Part shown: positions 35,871 through 44,848 of the stretch, piece after piece
Numbering within the stretch: the stretch's first letter is position 1
How the letters are laid out: every line of letters begins with the position of its first letter
Virus record (IMG/VR): IMGVR_UViG_3300045988_042777
Direction: 5' to 3' (one strand)
Length of the DNA stretch: 45,831 nucleotides
Origin: a virus
Program-made: the position numbers and the translations under genes
Notes under the pieces: model-generated
Database searches by the model: none
Told to the model about the DNA's origin: nothing
What the model saw: only the letters and a program-made list of their open reading frames with translations

Positions 35871-37094
35871 ATGTTTGAAAGCAGGACCTATGAGGCGCTG
35901 CTCAGCAGCGCTCTTTCCAGGGTGACCTCTCCGGTGGATAAGCGGGAGGGCTCCATGGTGATGAATGGCGTGGCCCCGTCCATGGCAGAGCTGGCCCAGC
36001 TCTACATTGCGGCGGACTTTGTACTCCAGGCCACCTACATCCTCACAGCGCCCAGAGAGTATCTCATCAAGCGGGCCCATGACCGAAACATGGACCCCTA
36101 CCCGGCAAGCGCTGCCGTCTATCGTGCGGAGTTTAACATTGAGGTCCCTGTGGGCACCCGTTTTTCCTGTGAGGACCTCAACTTTGTTGTGACGGCCCGC
36201 ATGGACACGGAGGATGACACCGAAACCGGGCTCAGCCACCAGGTAACCTGTGAAACCCTGGGGGCCGTGGCCAACGGCTATGGCGGCACCCTCATCCCGG
36301 TGGAGTATGTGCAGGGCCTCACCAGAGCAGAACTGGTGGAGCTGCTCATCCCCGGCGATGATGAGGAGGAAACGGAGGCTTTCCGCCAAAGAGTGCTGGA
36401 CAGTTTCCAGTCCCAGGCCTTTGGTGGAAACCAGGCCGACTACCGGGAGAAAGTGCTGGCCATGCCCGGCGTGGGTGACCTCAAAATACACCCCGTATGG
36501 AACGGGGACATTTCCCCAGCCAGCCTCATTCCCGGGGAGGAGGTGGAAAGCTGGTACTCCAGCATCATCTCCACACTGAGCGGCCCTGTAGCCGCATGGC
36601 TCACGGCGGTCTATACGGCGGCCAAAGAGAAAAAGCTCACGGTGGGTGGCACAGTCAAGCTGGTCATCATGGCCTCTGATTACAAGGCCCCCACGCCCAC
36701 GCTGCTGGAGGAAATCCAGACGGCCATTGACCCAGAGCAGAACGCCGGGGAGGGCCTGGGCCTGGCTCCCATCGGTCATGTGGTGCATGTAACCGGTGTG
36801 ACGGCTGAAAAGGTGGACATTGAGCTCCACCTCACCTATGCCTCTGATTGGAGCTGGGAGGCCGTCAAGAGCTATGTGGAGGCTGTCATTGACGCCTATT
36901 TTGTGGAGCTGTCCCAAGACTGGGCCAGCTCTGATTTTTTGACCGTCCGTATTTCTCAGATTGAAAGCCGCATCCTGGCGGAGTGCTCCAGCATGATAAC
37001 CGACATTGGCGGCACAAAAATCAATGGGCAGGAGAGCAACCTGGCCCTGGGCCCGGATAGCATCCCCTCCAGAGGGGAGGTCACAGATGGATAG
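35871..37094 (+). CDS. Baseplate J-like protein (XkdT-like)
   Basis: 407 aa, in the expected position within the baseplate cluster. Confidence 0.75.
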   Translation: MFESRTYEALLSSALSRVTSPVDKREGSMVMNGVAPSMAELAQLYIAADFVLQATYILTAPREYLIKRAHDRNMDPYPASAAVYRAEFNIEVPVGTRFSCEDLNFVVTARMDTEDDTETGLSHQVTCETLGAVANGYGGTLIPVEYVQGLTRAELVELLIPGDDEEETEAFRQRVLDSFQSQAFGGNQADYREKVLAMPGVGDLKIHPVWNGDISPASLIPGEEVESWYSSIISTLSGPVAAWLTAVYTAAKEKKLTVGGTVKLVIMASDYKAPTPTLLEEIQTAIDPEQNAGEGLGLAPIGHVVHVTGVTAEKVDIELHLTYASDWSWEAVKSYVEAVIDAYFVELSQDWASSDFLTVRISQIESRILAECSSMITDIGGTKINGQESNLALGPDSIPSRGEVTDG

Positions 37095-37728
37095 ACGCCT
37101 TTTGAACTACCTGCCCCCGGTGCTCCGGGAGGTGCTTGAGTTTCAGACTATCAGCAGGGCCAATGAGCCGGAAATCTCCCTTGCCTGGGACGCCCTGACA
37201 CGGGTGTTGGCCAACCAATTCCTTGAGGACGCTGATGAGGACGGTGTGGCCATCTGGGAGAAAGAGCTGAGGCTCTATCCAAAAGATACGGACACCCTGG
37301 AGGCCCGCAAGGCCCGCATCAAGGCCAAGTGGAATTTGGAATTGCCCTACACCCTGCCCTGGCTGCGGAATTGGCTGGCGGGGCTATGTGGCCCGGATGG
37401 TCATGCTGTTTCTCTCAAGGACTACACCCTGGACATCCAGCTTGACTACACCATCCTGCCTGAGCCTGGCAGATTGGCTGCGGAAATTTTGGAGATGCTG
37501 CTGACCATCCGCCCGGAAAACCTTGTGATCTTGATGACCTCATTGGTGCAGTCCACGGGCGGTGTCCGGCTGGGAGCTCACACTGAGCGCTCTTTGCACA
37601 TGGACCTTTGGCCCCTGCTCACCAATGAGCTGGAGAGCTCCGGCGGCGTCATTGGAGCCGGGCCTCTGGAATATCGCACGACCATTGAAATTTATCCATA
37701 CGAACAGGAGGAAAGCGGAAATGCCTGA
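37087..37728 (+). CDS. XkdU/DUF2313-like baseplate protein
   Basis: MDRRLLNYLPPVLREVLEF start is typical of the family. ATG 37087 overlaps the upstream stop. Confidence 0.65.
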   Translation: MDRRLLNYLPPVLREVLEFQTISRANEPEISLAWDALTRVLANQFLEDADEDGVAIWEKELRLYPKDTDTLEARKARIKAKWNLELPYTLPWLRNWLAGLCGPDGHAVSLKDYTLDIQLDYTILPEPGRLAAEILEMLLTIRPENLVILMTSLVQSTGGVRLGAHTERSLHMDLWPLLTNELESSGGVIGAGPLEYRTTIEIYPYEQEESGNA

Positions 37729-38458
37729 CCAGGAAAAAAAGTATGGCACCAGAATAACCACGGCTGGAGCTGCTCTCATCACTGACTGCATTTTGGCTGG
37801 GACAAAGCTGAAAATCACCCAGGCCGCTGCCGGTGACGGCGGCGGCAGCTACTATGTGCCCAGTACGGAGCAGACGGCACTTGTGCGGGAATTGTGGCGG
37901 GGCCCTATCGTGTCCGCCGAACAAAACCCCACTGTGCCCAACATGATGGATGTGAAAATCATCATTGATGACAGTGTTGGCAACTTCATCTGCCGTGAAA
38001 TGGGCCTTTTTGATGAAAGTGGCACTCTCATTGCCATCTGCAACACCCCGGACACGGAAAAGGTGGCCATCTCCACGGGAGTGGACGGGCGGCTCACCAT
38101 GCTCATGCACATTGTTGTGGTGGACAGCTCTGTGCTGGAGTTTACCATTTCCCCGTCCCTTGACACCGTTACACCGGAGGACCTTGAGATGGCCATTGAC
38201 GACCACAACAAGGACCCCGAGAGCCACGCCGACATCCGGCAGGCCGTAAAGGACACCGTGAACACCCACAATTCTGACGAAACCTCCCACCCGGACATCC
38301 GGGTGGCCCTGTCTGGACTGGACAGCCGCCTCTCCGTGCTGGAGCTGAAATACGGCACCGATGTCACCGGCAACAGCTTTGAGGTCACCTTTGGAACACT
38401 CACGGGTGTGGTGGTTACCGGCGTCTGGAATGAAACTTATGCGAGGATTGAGTTTTAA
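37721..38458 (+). CDS. Tail-collar fibre protein (DUF3751-like N-terminus)
   Basis: MPDQEKKYGTRITTAGAALITDCILAGTKLKITQAAAGDGGG resembles tail-collar fibre N-termini. CAGGAGGAA RBS. Confidence 0.7.
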   Translation: MPDQEKKYGTRITTAGAALITDCILAGTKLKITQAAAGDGGGSYYVPSTEQTALVRELWRGPIVSAEQNPTVPNMMDVKIIIDDSVGNFICREMGLFDESGTLIAICNTPDTEKVAISTGVDGRLTMLMHIVVVDSSVLEFTISPSLDTVTPEDLEMAIDDHNKDPESHADIRQAVKDTVNTHNSDETSHPDIRVALSGLDSRLSVLELKYGTDVTGNSFEVTFGTLTGVVVTGVWNETYARIEF

Positions 38459-39006
38459 TGCCAAGTTATGACATCATCCCACTTGCCTCTGATCTGCTGG
38501 ATTACACCATCCAGCGGGTCAAGCAGAAAGACCCGGAATACAGGCAGGTCAAAGCGTATGTAATGGAAAATGGCCAGATGGTAGAAAAGACCCTCTATGA
38601 GAGGCTGAAAGACAACGGAAAGCCCCATTTTCCAAAGAGCCAGGCTTTCCACCTCTGTGCAGAGCTCCAGTCCTGCGCCCTCCGTATTCTGAGGGGCTGC
38701 GTGGCCGCCAATGGGCGGTATTTTGAAACTGAGTATGAGGAGCGGTTGAAAGACCTTGACGGCGTGCTCATTGAGTGTGAAACCATGGGCCAGCTCATCA
38801 ATCTCAGTTTCAAGCGCAAGTATATCACCGGCGATCAATGCCATTACTGGGCGGAACTTGTGCGCCCAGTCCGTCAAAAGGCTTTCAACTGGAGAAAATC
38901 AGACGGCAACCGTGCCGCCACTCTCCGGGAGGCCAAAACGGCCCAGGAGCTTGCCAAGATGGGGCAAATGGCTCTGCAAATGGCAGAGGCTCTGCGGCCT
39001 CAATAA
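38458..39006 (+). CDS. avd: DGR accessory variability determinant (Avd-like helical bundle protein)
   Basis: Lies immediately 5' of TR. Helical, with FPKSQAFHLCAELQSCALRILRGCVAANG and a basic C-terminus (NWRKSDGNR). Larger than a typical Avd. Confidence 0.6.
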   Translation: MPSYDIIPLASDLLDYTIQRVKQKDPEYRQVKAYVMENGQMVEKTLYERLKDNGKPHFPKSQAFHLCAELQSCALRILRGCVAANGRYFETEYEERLKDLDGVLIECETMGQLINLSFKRKYITGDQCHYWAELVRPVRQKAFNWRKSDGNRAATLREAKTAQELAKMGQMALQMAEALRPQ

Positions 39007-39064
39007 CGGATGCACCGGCCCTAAAGGCCGTGTATTTGGGTGTGACCTGTTTATTTTATGCTAC

Positions 39065-39164
39065 CTCCCCGAACACGAACAACACCAACAACGCCATCTA
39101 CCTGAACACCAATGGCAATGTCAACAACAACAACTGCACCAACACCAACGGGTCCCGCCCCGCT
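39065..39164 (+). repeat. DGR template repeat (TR)
   Basis: Non-coding 100-nt segment with about 35 adenines. In the VR frame it reads as 12 AAC and 2 AAT codons. It is collinear with VR1 and, over part of its length, with VR2. Confidence 0.9.
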
Positions 39165-39394
39165 CTGATGGTAAGGCCCGACCGAGTAGGCCCAAAGCCA
39201 AAAGCAGCGCCATCCATCACATCAAAGGAGGTCACATCCAGCCTTGACACCAAGGCAAATACATTGCGCTGATGCCCCCAGCCGCACAAGAGGAGGCTGG
39301 GAGCTGCTGGTCCTGTTCCCTGCGGCACCTACACGGCGCACAAGGACAGGGAGGCCCGCCGGGATGAACAGGGGGCCGCCCGTATGTTAGGGGT
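39065..39394 (+). ncRNA. Putative DGR template RNA (TR plus spacer up to the RT start)
   Basis: No credible ORF in this stretch; the tracked ORFs here translate the Asn-rich TR. The placement mirrors the TR-spacer-RT arrangement of characterised DGRs. Confidence 0.5.
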
Positions 39395-40432
39395 ATGAAA
39401 CCCGTGCTTAAATTTTCCGAGATTTGCACCTTTGCGGTGCTTTACAAAGCCTACCTTGCGGCCAGACGGGGCAAACGCTCCAGAGCCGCTACCGCACATT
39501 ATGAGGTCCACCTGCTGGCCAATATCGTCAACCTTGTCTATATCCTGCAAACCAAGATTTACCGCCCGGGGCTGTTCCGGGTGTTCTATGTCTATGAGCC
39601 CAAAAAGAGGCTTGTGCAGGCTCCGGCTTTCGTTGACAAAGTGGTCCAGCACGCTTTGGTGGATAACCTCATATATGAACGCATCACAAGAAGTTTCATT
39701 CTTGACAACTACGCATCCCAGAGAGGAAAAGGCCTGCACTTTGGGCTGGACAGGCTCAAGGGCTTTTTCACAGAATACTGGAACAAATACCGCACAGCGG
39801 AGGGCTGGGTCCTCAAGGCAGATGTGCGGCATTTCTTTGCGTCCATCGACCATGACAGGCTCAAGGAAAAGCTCAAAAAGCTGGACCTTGAGCCCGTTGT
39901 CTATGATCTGCTGTGTACCTACATAGACAGCACGGACGGGCTGCCGCTGGGCTATCAAACCAGGCAGCTTTTTGCCCTGCTGTTTCTGGATGAATTTGAC
40001 CACTTTGTCAAAGAGCGGCTCCGCATCCGCTGGTATGGCCGTTATATGGATGACTTTTTCCTCATCCACCCTGACAAAGAATACCTGCAATTTTGCCTCA
40101 AAGAAATCCGGGCTTTCATGGCCAGTTTGGGGCTGGAGCTCAATGAGAAAACCCAGATTTTCCCGCTGAGAAATGGGATTGACTTTCTGGGCTTTCATAC
40201 CTACTTGACGGAGCAGGGCAAGGTCATCCGCAAGTTACGGCACAGCAGCATCAAGCGTATGCGCTCTAAGCTCCGCCGGTGGGAAAAAGACTACCCGGCG
40301 GGCCTTGTGAGCCGGGAGGTCATCCTGCAAAGCTGGCAGGCCTGGGACGCCCACGCTGCTCACGGCAACACCTGGTCCTTGCGCCAACAGGTGCGGGACC
40401 GTGTTCAAAACATTCTAAAGGAGGAAATCTAA
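39395..40432 (+). CDS. DGR reverse transcriptase
   Basis: RT motifs LKADVRHFFASIDH, LPLGYQTRQLFALLFLDEFDHF and YGRYMDDFFLI (YMDD). Confidence 0.9.
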   Translation: MKPVLKFSEICTFAVLYKAYLAARRGKRSRAATAHYEVHLLANIVNLVYILQTKIYRPGLFRVFYVYEPKKRLVQAPAFVDKVVQHALVDNLIYERITRSFILDNYASQRGKGLHFGLDRLKGFFTEYWNKYRTAEGWVLKADVRHFFASIDHDRLKEKLKKLDLEPVVYDLLCTYIDSTDGLPLGYQTRQLFALLFLDEFDHFVKERLRIRWYGRYMDDFFLIHPDKEYLQFCLKEIRAFMASLGLELNEKTQIFPLRNGIDFLGFHTYLTEQGKVIRKLRHSSIKRMRSKLRRWEKDYPAGLVSREVILQSWQAWDAHAAHGNTWSLRQQVRDRVQNILKEEI

Positions 40433-42243
40433 TGGCCACAACCACCCTTGGCAGTAAGGCCACAGGCTCCATCATCAAGCTCAAAGAAAACGGCAAGCTG
40501 GTGGAGTTTTATGTTGGCGTGCATAACTACGAAAGCAGCCTCAACGGAACCGGGAGGACCCTGGTTTTCCGCAAGGACTGCTATGACCAGCGGCAATGGC
40601 ACACTTCCAATGTGAACGCCTACGCATCCAGTGCTATTGACAGCTGGCTCAACAGTACCTACAAAAACATGCTGGACGCTGACATCCGGGCGCTGATTGG
40701 CTCCACGAAAATCCGCTACACTCCCGGCAATGGTAACACCACAATGGGCACCCTGGACCGGGCGGTGTTCCTGCTGTCCGCCTATGAGCTGGGCGAGAGC
40801 GAAAGCTGGTTTAACAAGGAGGGCACAACGCTGCCCAATGCAACCAATTATCAGATTGCCAAGCTGAACGGCTCCGCCGTGGTCCAGTGGACCCGCTCCC
40901 CGGGCACGAACAGCACCAACTACGCCATCTGCCTGGTCACCAATGGCCATGTCGACTACAGCTACTGCACCTTCACCTACGGGTCCCGCCCCGCTTTCAC
41001 TCTCCCCTCCAACCTCTATGTGAGCGATGACGGCACAGTGTTTCAGAACACCGCCCCCTCTACGCCCGCCAGCATTTCTGTCCCCAGCAGCATCAACGGC
41101 GGCTCCTCCATCACGGTGAGCTGGGCGGCCTCCACGGACGCTGAGGGAAACCTTGAGGGCTATATTGTCGAGCGCTCCACCAATGGCGGCTCCTCCTGGT
41201 CCCAGATTTACCAGGGCAGCGCTACCAGCACCAGCAACACCGTGGCCTTTGGCACCGCAAGCGTGACCTATCGGGTCAAGGCCTATGACAGCGCCGGGCT
41301 TGAGAGCGGCTGGAAAACCAGCAACACGGTGACCGTGACCAACAACCGGGCCCCCAGCGCCCCCGGCGGCCTGACTGTCCCCGCCATTGTGAGAGGCGGC
41401 AGCACTCTGGCCATTTCCTGGACGGCGGCCTCTGACAGTGACGGTAACCTCAGCGGCTATGAGCTGGAGCGCCAGGTGGATGGTGGCGGCTGGTCCCAGA
41501 TTTACAAAGGCAGCGCTCTGGCCTACACCGACACCATCACCTCCGGCTGGAATACGGTGGCCTATCGTGTGCGGGCCTATGACACCTATAACTCCACCAG
41601 CGGCTATGTGACCAGCGAAACCCGGACAGTGGATAACAACGCCCTGCCGGTCATCACCAGCTCCACGGCCTCCGGGAGCGATCTGGGCACCAAGGAAACC
41701 GGCTTTGATCTGACCTATACCGTCAATGATGCCGACAAGGACACGGTGACGGTCAAAGAGTATCTGGATGATGTACTCAAGCGGACCTACACCGCCACCC
41801 TGGGGCAGAGCAACACCGTCCAGTGTGTCACCGCTGCCAACTGGCAAAAGGTCCTCAACGGGGCCCACACCATCAAGGTGGTGGCCAATGACGGCAAGGC
41901 AGACAGCGCCCCCTACACCGTGACATTTACCAAGGCCGTCTATGAGGCCTCCATCACCCTGGCGGCCCCCATGGATGCGGATGACCTCATCACGGTCATG
42001 GTGCTCAATGTGCTGGGCTCTATTCCGGCGGACGCTGACCTGGAGGTCCTTGTGACCAACAACGCCAAGGACACGGAGCCTGTCTGGGAGGACGCCACCC
42101 AGGATGTCAAGAACGGCAACAACCATGTTTTCACCAACCAGACCGCAACCAACGGCTTTGCCTTTAACTTTAAGGTCAATGTGAGCCGGGGCTCCAGCAG
42201 CACCGGCGGCTACATTACCAGCATTGGAGGTGCTTTTCAATAA
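40432..42243 (+). CDS. DGR target: tail fibre / receptor-binding protein (N-terminal variable lectin-like domain, two FN3 repeats, C-terminal beta domains)
   Basis: ATG 40432 overlaps the RT stop (TAATG), with AAGGAGGAA 7 nt upstream. Contains WTRSPG...YGSRPAFTLPS. The tracked start at 40279 lies inside the RT gene. Confidence 0.85.
   Translation: MATTTLGSKATGSIIKLKENGKLVEFYVGVHNYESSLNGTGRTLVFRKDCYDQRQWHTSNVNAYASSAIDSWLNSTYKNMLDADIRALIGSTKIRYTPGNGNTTMGTLDRAVFLLSAYELGESESWFNKEGTTLPNATNYQIAKLNGSAVVQWTRSPGTNSTNYAICLVTNGHVDYSYCTFTYGSRPAFTLPSNLYVSDDGTVFQNTAPSTPASISVPSSINGGSSITVSWAASTDAEGNLEGYIVERSTNGGSSWSQIYQGSATSTSNTVAFGTASVTYRVKAYDSAGLESGWKTSNTVTVTNNRAPSAPGGLTVPAIVRGGSTLAISWTAASDSDGNLSGYELERQVDGGGWSQIYKGSALAYTDTITSGWNTVAYRVRAYDTYNSTSGYVTSETRTVDNNALPVITSSTASGSDLGTKETGFDLTYTVNDADKDTVTVKEYLDDVLKRTYTATLGQSNTVQCVTAANWQKVLNGAHTIKVVANDGKADSAPYTVTFTKAVYEASITLAAPMDADDLITVMVLNVLGSIPADADLEVLVTNNAKDTEPVWEDATQDVKNGNNHVFTNQTATNGFAFNFKVNVSRGSSSTGGYITSIGGAFQ
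40896..40995 (+). repeat. DGR variable repeat 1 (VR1)
   Basis: 100 nt with 15 mismatches to TR, all at TR adenines. Encodes residues 155-188 of 603. Confidence 0.9.
41056..41640 (+). other. Two tandem fibronectin type III-like repeats within the target protein
   Basis: The two units are ...ITVSWAASTDAEGNLEGYIVERS...YRVKAYDSAG... and ...LAISWTAASDSDGNLSGYELERQ...YRVRAYDTYN... Confidence 0.75.
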
Positions 42244-42755
42244 TGGCAGTTACATGGAAAAAGGACAGTGTGAAAGCTATGCGGGAACAGCGGGAGGCAG
42301 CGGCCAAAGCTGAGGCCATGAACGCCCAGGCCCAGATTGCAGTTATGGCGTTTTGCGCTACCGCCACGACTATCACGGACGCCCAGGCTCTCCAGATGCC
42401 GGACCTTTTCCCCGTGTGGGAGGATGTCCTGGCCGCTGGTGAAAAGCTGGCGGAGGGCACCATCCTCAAGGATGGCACCGTCCTCTATCGGGTGGTGCAG
42501 CCTGGCGGCGTCACTCCCCAGGAGCACCAGCCGCCCCACGGTGAGGGGATGCTGGCGGTTTACCGCCCCATTGACCAGAGCCATGCCGGAACCCTTGAGG
42601 ACCCCATCCCCTGGGTGTACGGGATGGATTGTCACGCTGGTGTTTATTTCAGCTACCAGGGCCACATCTACAAGGTGGCTGAGGGCGGTGACATGGTGCC
42701 ATGCACCTGGGCCCCTGGCACTCCTGGCCTGTGGCAGTGGGAACTCATTAAGTAA
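42243..42755 (+). CDS. Hypothetical tail-associated protein with a CBM5/12-like aromatic C-terminal motif
   Basis: ATG overlaps the upstream TAA. The C-terminus GVYFSYQGHIYKVAEGG...WAPGTPGLWQWELI resembles small carbohydrate-binding modules. Confidence 0.5.
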   Translation: MAVTWKKDSVKAMREQREAAAKAEAMNAQAQIAVMAFCATATTITDAQALQMPDLFPVWEDVLAAGEKLAEGTILKDGTVLYRVVQPGGVTPQEHQPPHGEGMLAVYRPIDQSHAGTLEDPIPWVYGMDCHAGVYFSYQGHIYKVAEGGDMVPCTWAPGTPGLWQWELIK

Positions 42756-42769
42756 AGGAAGCGGACCCA

Positions 42770-43102
42770 ATGGTTATTGAGCTTTCTGTGGGGAGCCTGC
42801 TCACCCTGCTGGGCATCCCCACAGCGATCACGGCCTTTTGTTCCTGGATGCTCCAGCGCCGGATTGCCAAACGAGAGGCCATCCAGGACGCAAGGGAGGC
42901 CGCAAGAGAACAAAACGAGGTCCTGCTAATCCAGAACACCCGGGCAGCACTGGCGCTGGCAGAGGCCACCGCCGTGGCTGTCCAGCGCATCCCCGATGCC
43001 CATTGTAATGGGGATATGCACGCCGCTCTGGAATATGCCCGCAAGGTCAAGCACAAACAGAAAGACTTTTTGACGGAGCAGGGCGTCAAAGCCATTTACT
43101 GA
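42770..43102 (+). CDS. Membrane protein (one N-terminal TM segment plus a coiled coil)
   Basis: TM segment LSVGSLLTLLGIPTAITAFCSWML; lies in the lysis-region context. Confidence 0.5.
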   Translation: MVIELSVGSLLTLLGIPTAITAFCSWMLQRRIAKREAIQDAREAAREQNEVLLIQNTRAALALAEATAVAVQRIPDAHCNGDMHAALEYARKVKHKQKDFLTEQGVKAIY

Positions 43103-43217
43103 GGCCCGCCATGAGGCTGGTTTTCCTGGCCCTGCTGGGCATGGTAGAACTCCTCTGGCGGAACCGGAAAGGAGGGCGTGAAAAATAGATACCTCAAAAA
43201 AGCTGCTCTGGGCCCAT

Positions 43218-43463
43218 GTGGTCATTTCTGTCCTGTTGTGTGTGGCCACCATCGTCACCAACTACCTGGGCTATGATGTGACCGCCCTGGCGGGCCTTGC
43301 GGGGGCCTCTCTTTTGACCAACGGGGCCTGGGGCGGTTTCTATTTCTGGAAAGCCAAAAATGAAAACCGGGCCAAATACGCCCAACGGTTTCTCAAGCAA
43401 TTTGCGGACAAGTATGGGGCGGATGTCGCTGTCCGTGTGGCGGAAATCGTGCTGAAAGATTAA
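43218..43463 (+). CDS. Two-TM holin-like membrane protein; start uncertain
   Basis: TM segments VISVLLCVATIVTNYLGY and LAGLAGASLLTNGAWGGFYFW, then a basic tail. GTG 43218 has no RBS. Confidence 0.45.
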   Translation: MVISVLLCVATIVTNYLGYDVTALAGLAGASLLTNGAWGGFYFWKAKNENRAKYAQRFLKQFADKYGADVAVRVAEIVLKD

Positions 43464-43480
43464 GTAAAGGAGAGATTGCA

Positions 43481-44506
43481 TTGAGTAAGATGACCGCAAA
43501 GGAACTGGTTGACAAGGCGGTTGACATCGCCAAGAACTACAAGACCCTGTATGTGATGGGCTGCTTTGGGGCCCCGCTGACCGGGGGAAATGTGAGCCGC
43601 TATTGCACCAACCACTCCTACAATAAGGCCCCGGCCCGCACGGCCATGATTAAGGCCGCCGCCAACCAGAGCCCTCCTGTTTATGGCTTTGATTGCGTCA
43701 ATCTCATCAAGGGCATCCTCTGGGGCTGGAACGGGAACGCCTCCAAAACCTATGGCGGGGCGTCCTACGCCGTCAATGGTGTGCCCGACATCGGTGCTGA
43801 TACCATGATTACCAAATGCACCGGAGTGAGCACCACCGGCTGGGCCAACATGGCTGTTGGTGAGGCCGTCTGGATGTCCGGCCATATCGGCATCTATATT
43901 GGGGACGGCCTGGCTGTGGAATGTACCCCCAAGTGGGAGAATAAAGTGCAGATCACCGCTGTTGGGAACATCGGCAGCAAGGCAGGCTACAACACCCGCA
44001 CCTGGACCAAGCACGGAAAGCTCCCCTATGTGGACTACACGGGGGCCTCTACGGGCGGAGGCACTGGGGGAACATCCCCGAGCACCCCCGGCTCCGGTGG
44101 CTCTCTGGAGGCCTCTGTGGGCGATACAGTGACCTTTACCGGCACCAAGCACTATGTCAGCTCCAACGCCACCAATGGGGCCGCCTGTAAGCCCGGCAAG
44201 GCTAAAGTCACCGCCGTGGCAAAGAACGCCAAGCACCCCTACCACCTCATCAAAGTGGCGGGCGGCGGCTCCACCGTCTACGGCTGGGTGGACGCCTCTG
44301 ACATCCAGGTGGATGGTGCCATCACCGTGGGTGCAAAGGTAAAGGTCAACAAAGGAGCCAAGACCTACACCGGCGGGAGCCTGGCCTCTTTTGTCTATAA
44401 CAACACCTACACCGTCATGCAGATGGACGGTGACCGGGCGGTCATTGGCCAGAATGGCGTGGTAACTGCCGCCATCAACAAAAAGGACCTCACCCTTGTG
44501 GGGTAA
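43481..44506 (+). CDS. Endolysin: NlpC/P60-type peptidase with two C-terminal SH3-like wall-binding repeats
   Basis: Catalytic Cys context YGFDCVNLIKG and His context SGHIGIYIGDG. Gly/Ser linker, then repeated GD/GA-TV...V... modules. AAAGGAGAG RBS precedes TTG 43481. Confidence 0.8.
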   Translation: MSKMTAKELVDKAVDIAKNYKTLYVMGCFGAPLTGGNVSRYCTNHSYNKAPARTAMIKAAANQSPPVYGFDCVNLIKGILWGWNGNASKTYGGASYAVNGVPDIGADTMITKCTGVSTTGWANMAVGEAVWMSGHIGIYIGDGLAVECTPKWENKVQITAVGNIGSKAGYNTRTWTKHGKLPYVDYTGASTGGGTGGTSPSTPGSGGSLEASVGDTVTFTGTKHYVSSNATNGAACKPGKAKVTAVAKNAKHPYHLIKVAGGGSTVYGWVDASDIQVDGAITVGAKVKVNKGAKTYTGGSLASFVYNNTYTVMQMDGDRAVIGQNGVVTAAINKKDLTLVG

Positions 44507-44529
44507 CATAGAAAAGGGAGGATAAACTC

Positions 44530-44844
44530 ATGGAAAGCATTTTTGACTGGTCCGTTATTCTCAGCATCGTGGGCATCCTGGTGGTGGTCACCAACATCAT
44601 CACCCAGGTGCTCAAAAAGCTCACCTGGGACAAGCTGCCCAACAACATCCTGGCGGTGCTCATCGCCATGGCCCTGACCCTGGCGGCATTTTTCGCCTAC
44701 TGTGAAATCAAGGGCGTGGCTATCGTCTGGTACATGATTGTGGCCGCTGTGGTCCTGGGCTTTTTCGTGGCCTATGCGGCCATGTTTGGCTTTGACAAGC
44801 TGAAAGAGGCCATTGCCCAGCTTGACCAGAAAAAGATTGAATAA
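44530..44844 (+). CDS. Holin (three TM segments)
   Basis: 104 aa with three hydrophobic segments and a charged C-terminus, adjacent to the endolysin. GGGAGGA RBS. Confidence 0.7.
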   Translation: MESIFDWSVILSIVGILVVVTNIITQVLKKLTWDKLPNNILAVLIAMALTLAAFFAYCEIKGVAIVWYMIVAAVVLGFFVAYAAMFGFDKLKEAIAQLDQKKIE

Positions 44845-44848
44845 GTGC

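Noticed and set aside
38756-39272. ORFs 38756-39247 and 38838-39272, which encode Asn-rich peptides (...NTNNTNNAIYLNTNGNVNNNNCTNTN...).
   Set aside because: These are read-throughs of the DGR template repeat. The Asn run is the AAC-codon design of TR, and there is no RBS or independent start context.
40279-40431. The upstream start (40279) given in the ORF track for the DGR target gene.
   Set aside because: It lies within the RT coding region, has no RBS and encodes Pro/Gly/Arg-rich sequence. ATG 40432 has an AAGGAGGAA RBS and TAATG coupling to the RT stop codon.
40996-41030. A search for the hairpin or cruciform that follows VR in the Bordetella phage DGR target.
   Set aside because: No convincing inverted repeat lies just downstream of VR1. 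Only a weak 5-bp cctcc/ggagg pair follows VR2, at about 2893-2910. No feature is claimed.
43178-43276. Strong AAGGAGGG RBS with GTG at 43178 (MKNRYLKKAALGPCGHFCPVVCGHHRHQLPGL*), out of frame with the holin-like ORF that begins at the RBS-less GTG 43218. This could be a frameshift or indel joining the two.
   Set aside because: I cannot identify a convincing slippery site, and the A-runs at 43181-43185 and 43196-43201 are only suggestive. The case cannot be decided without reads or homologs, so the 43218 start is kept at low confidence.
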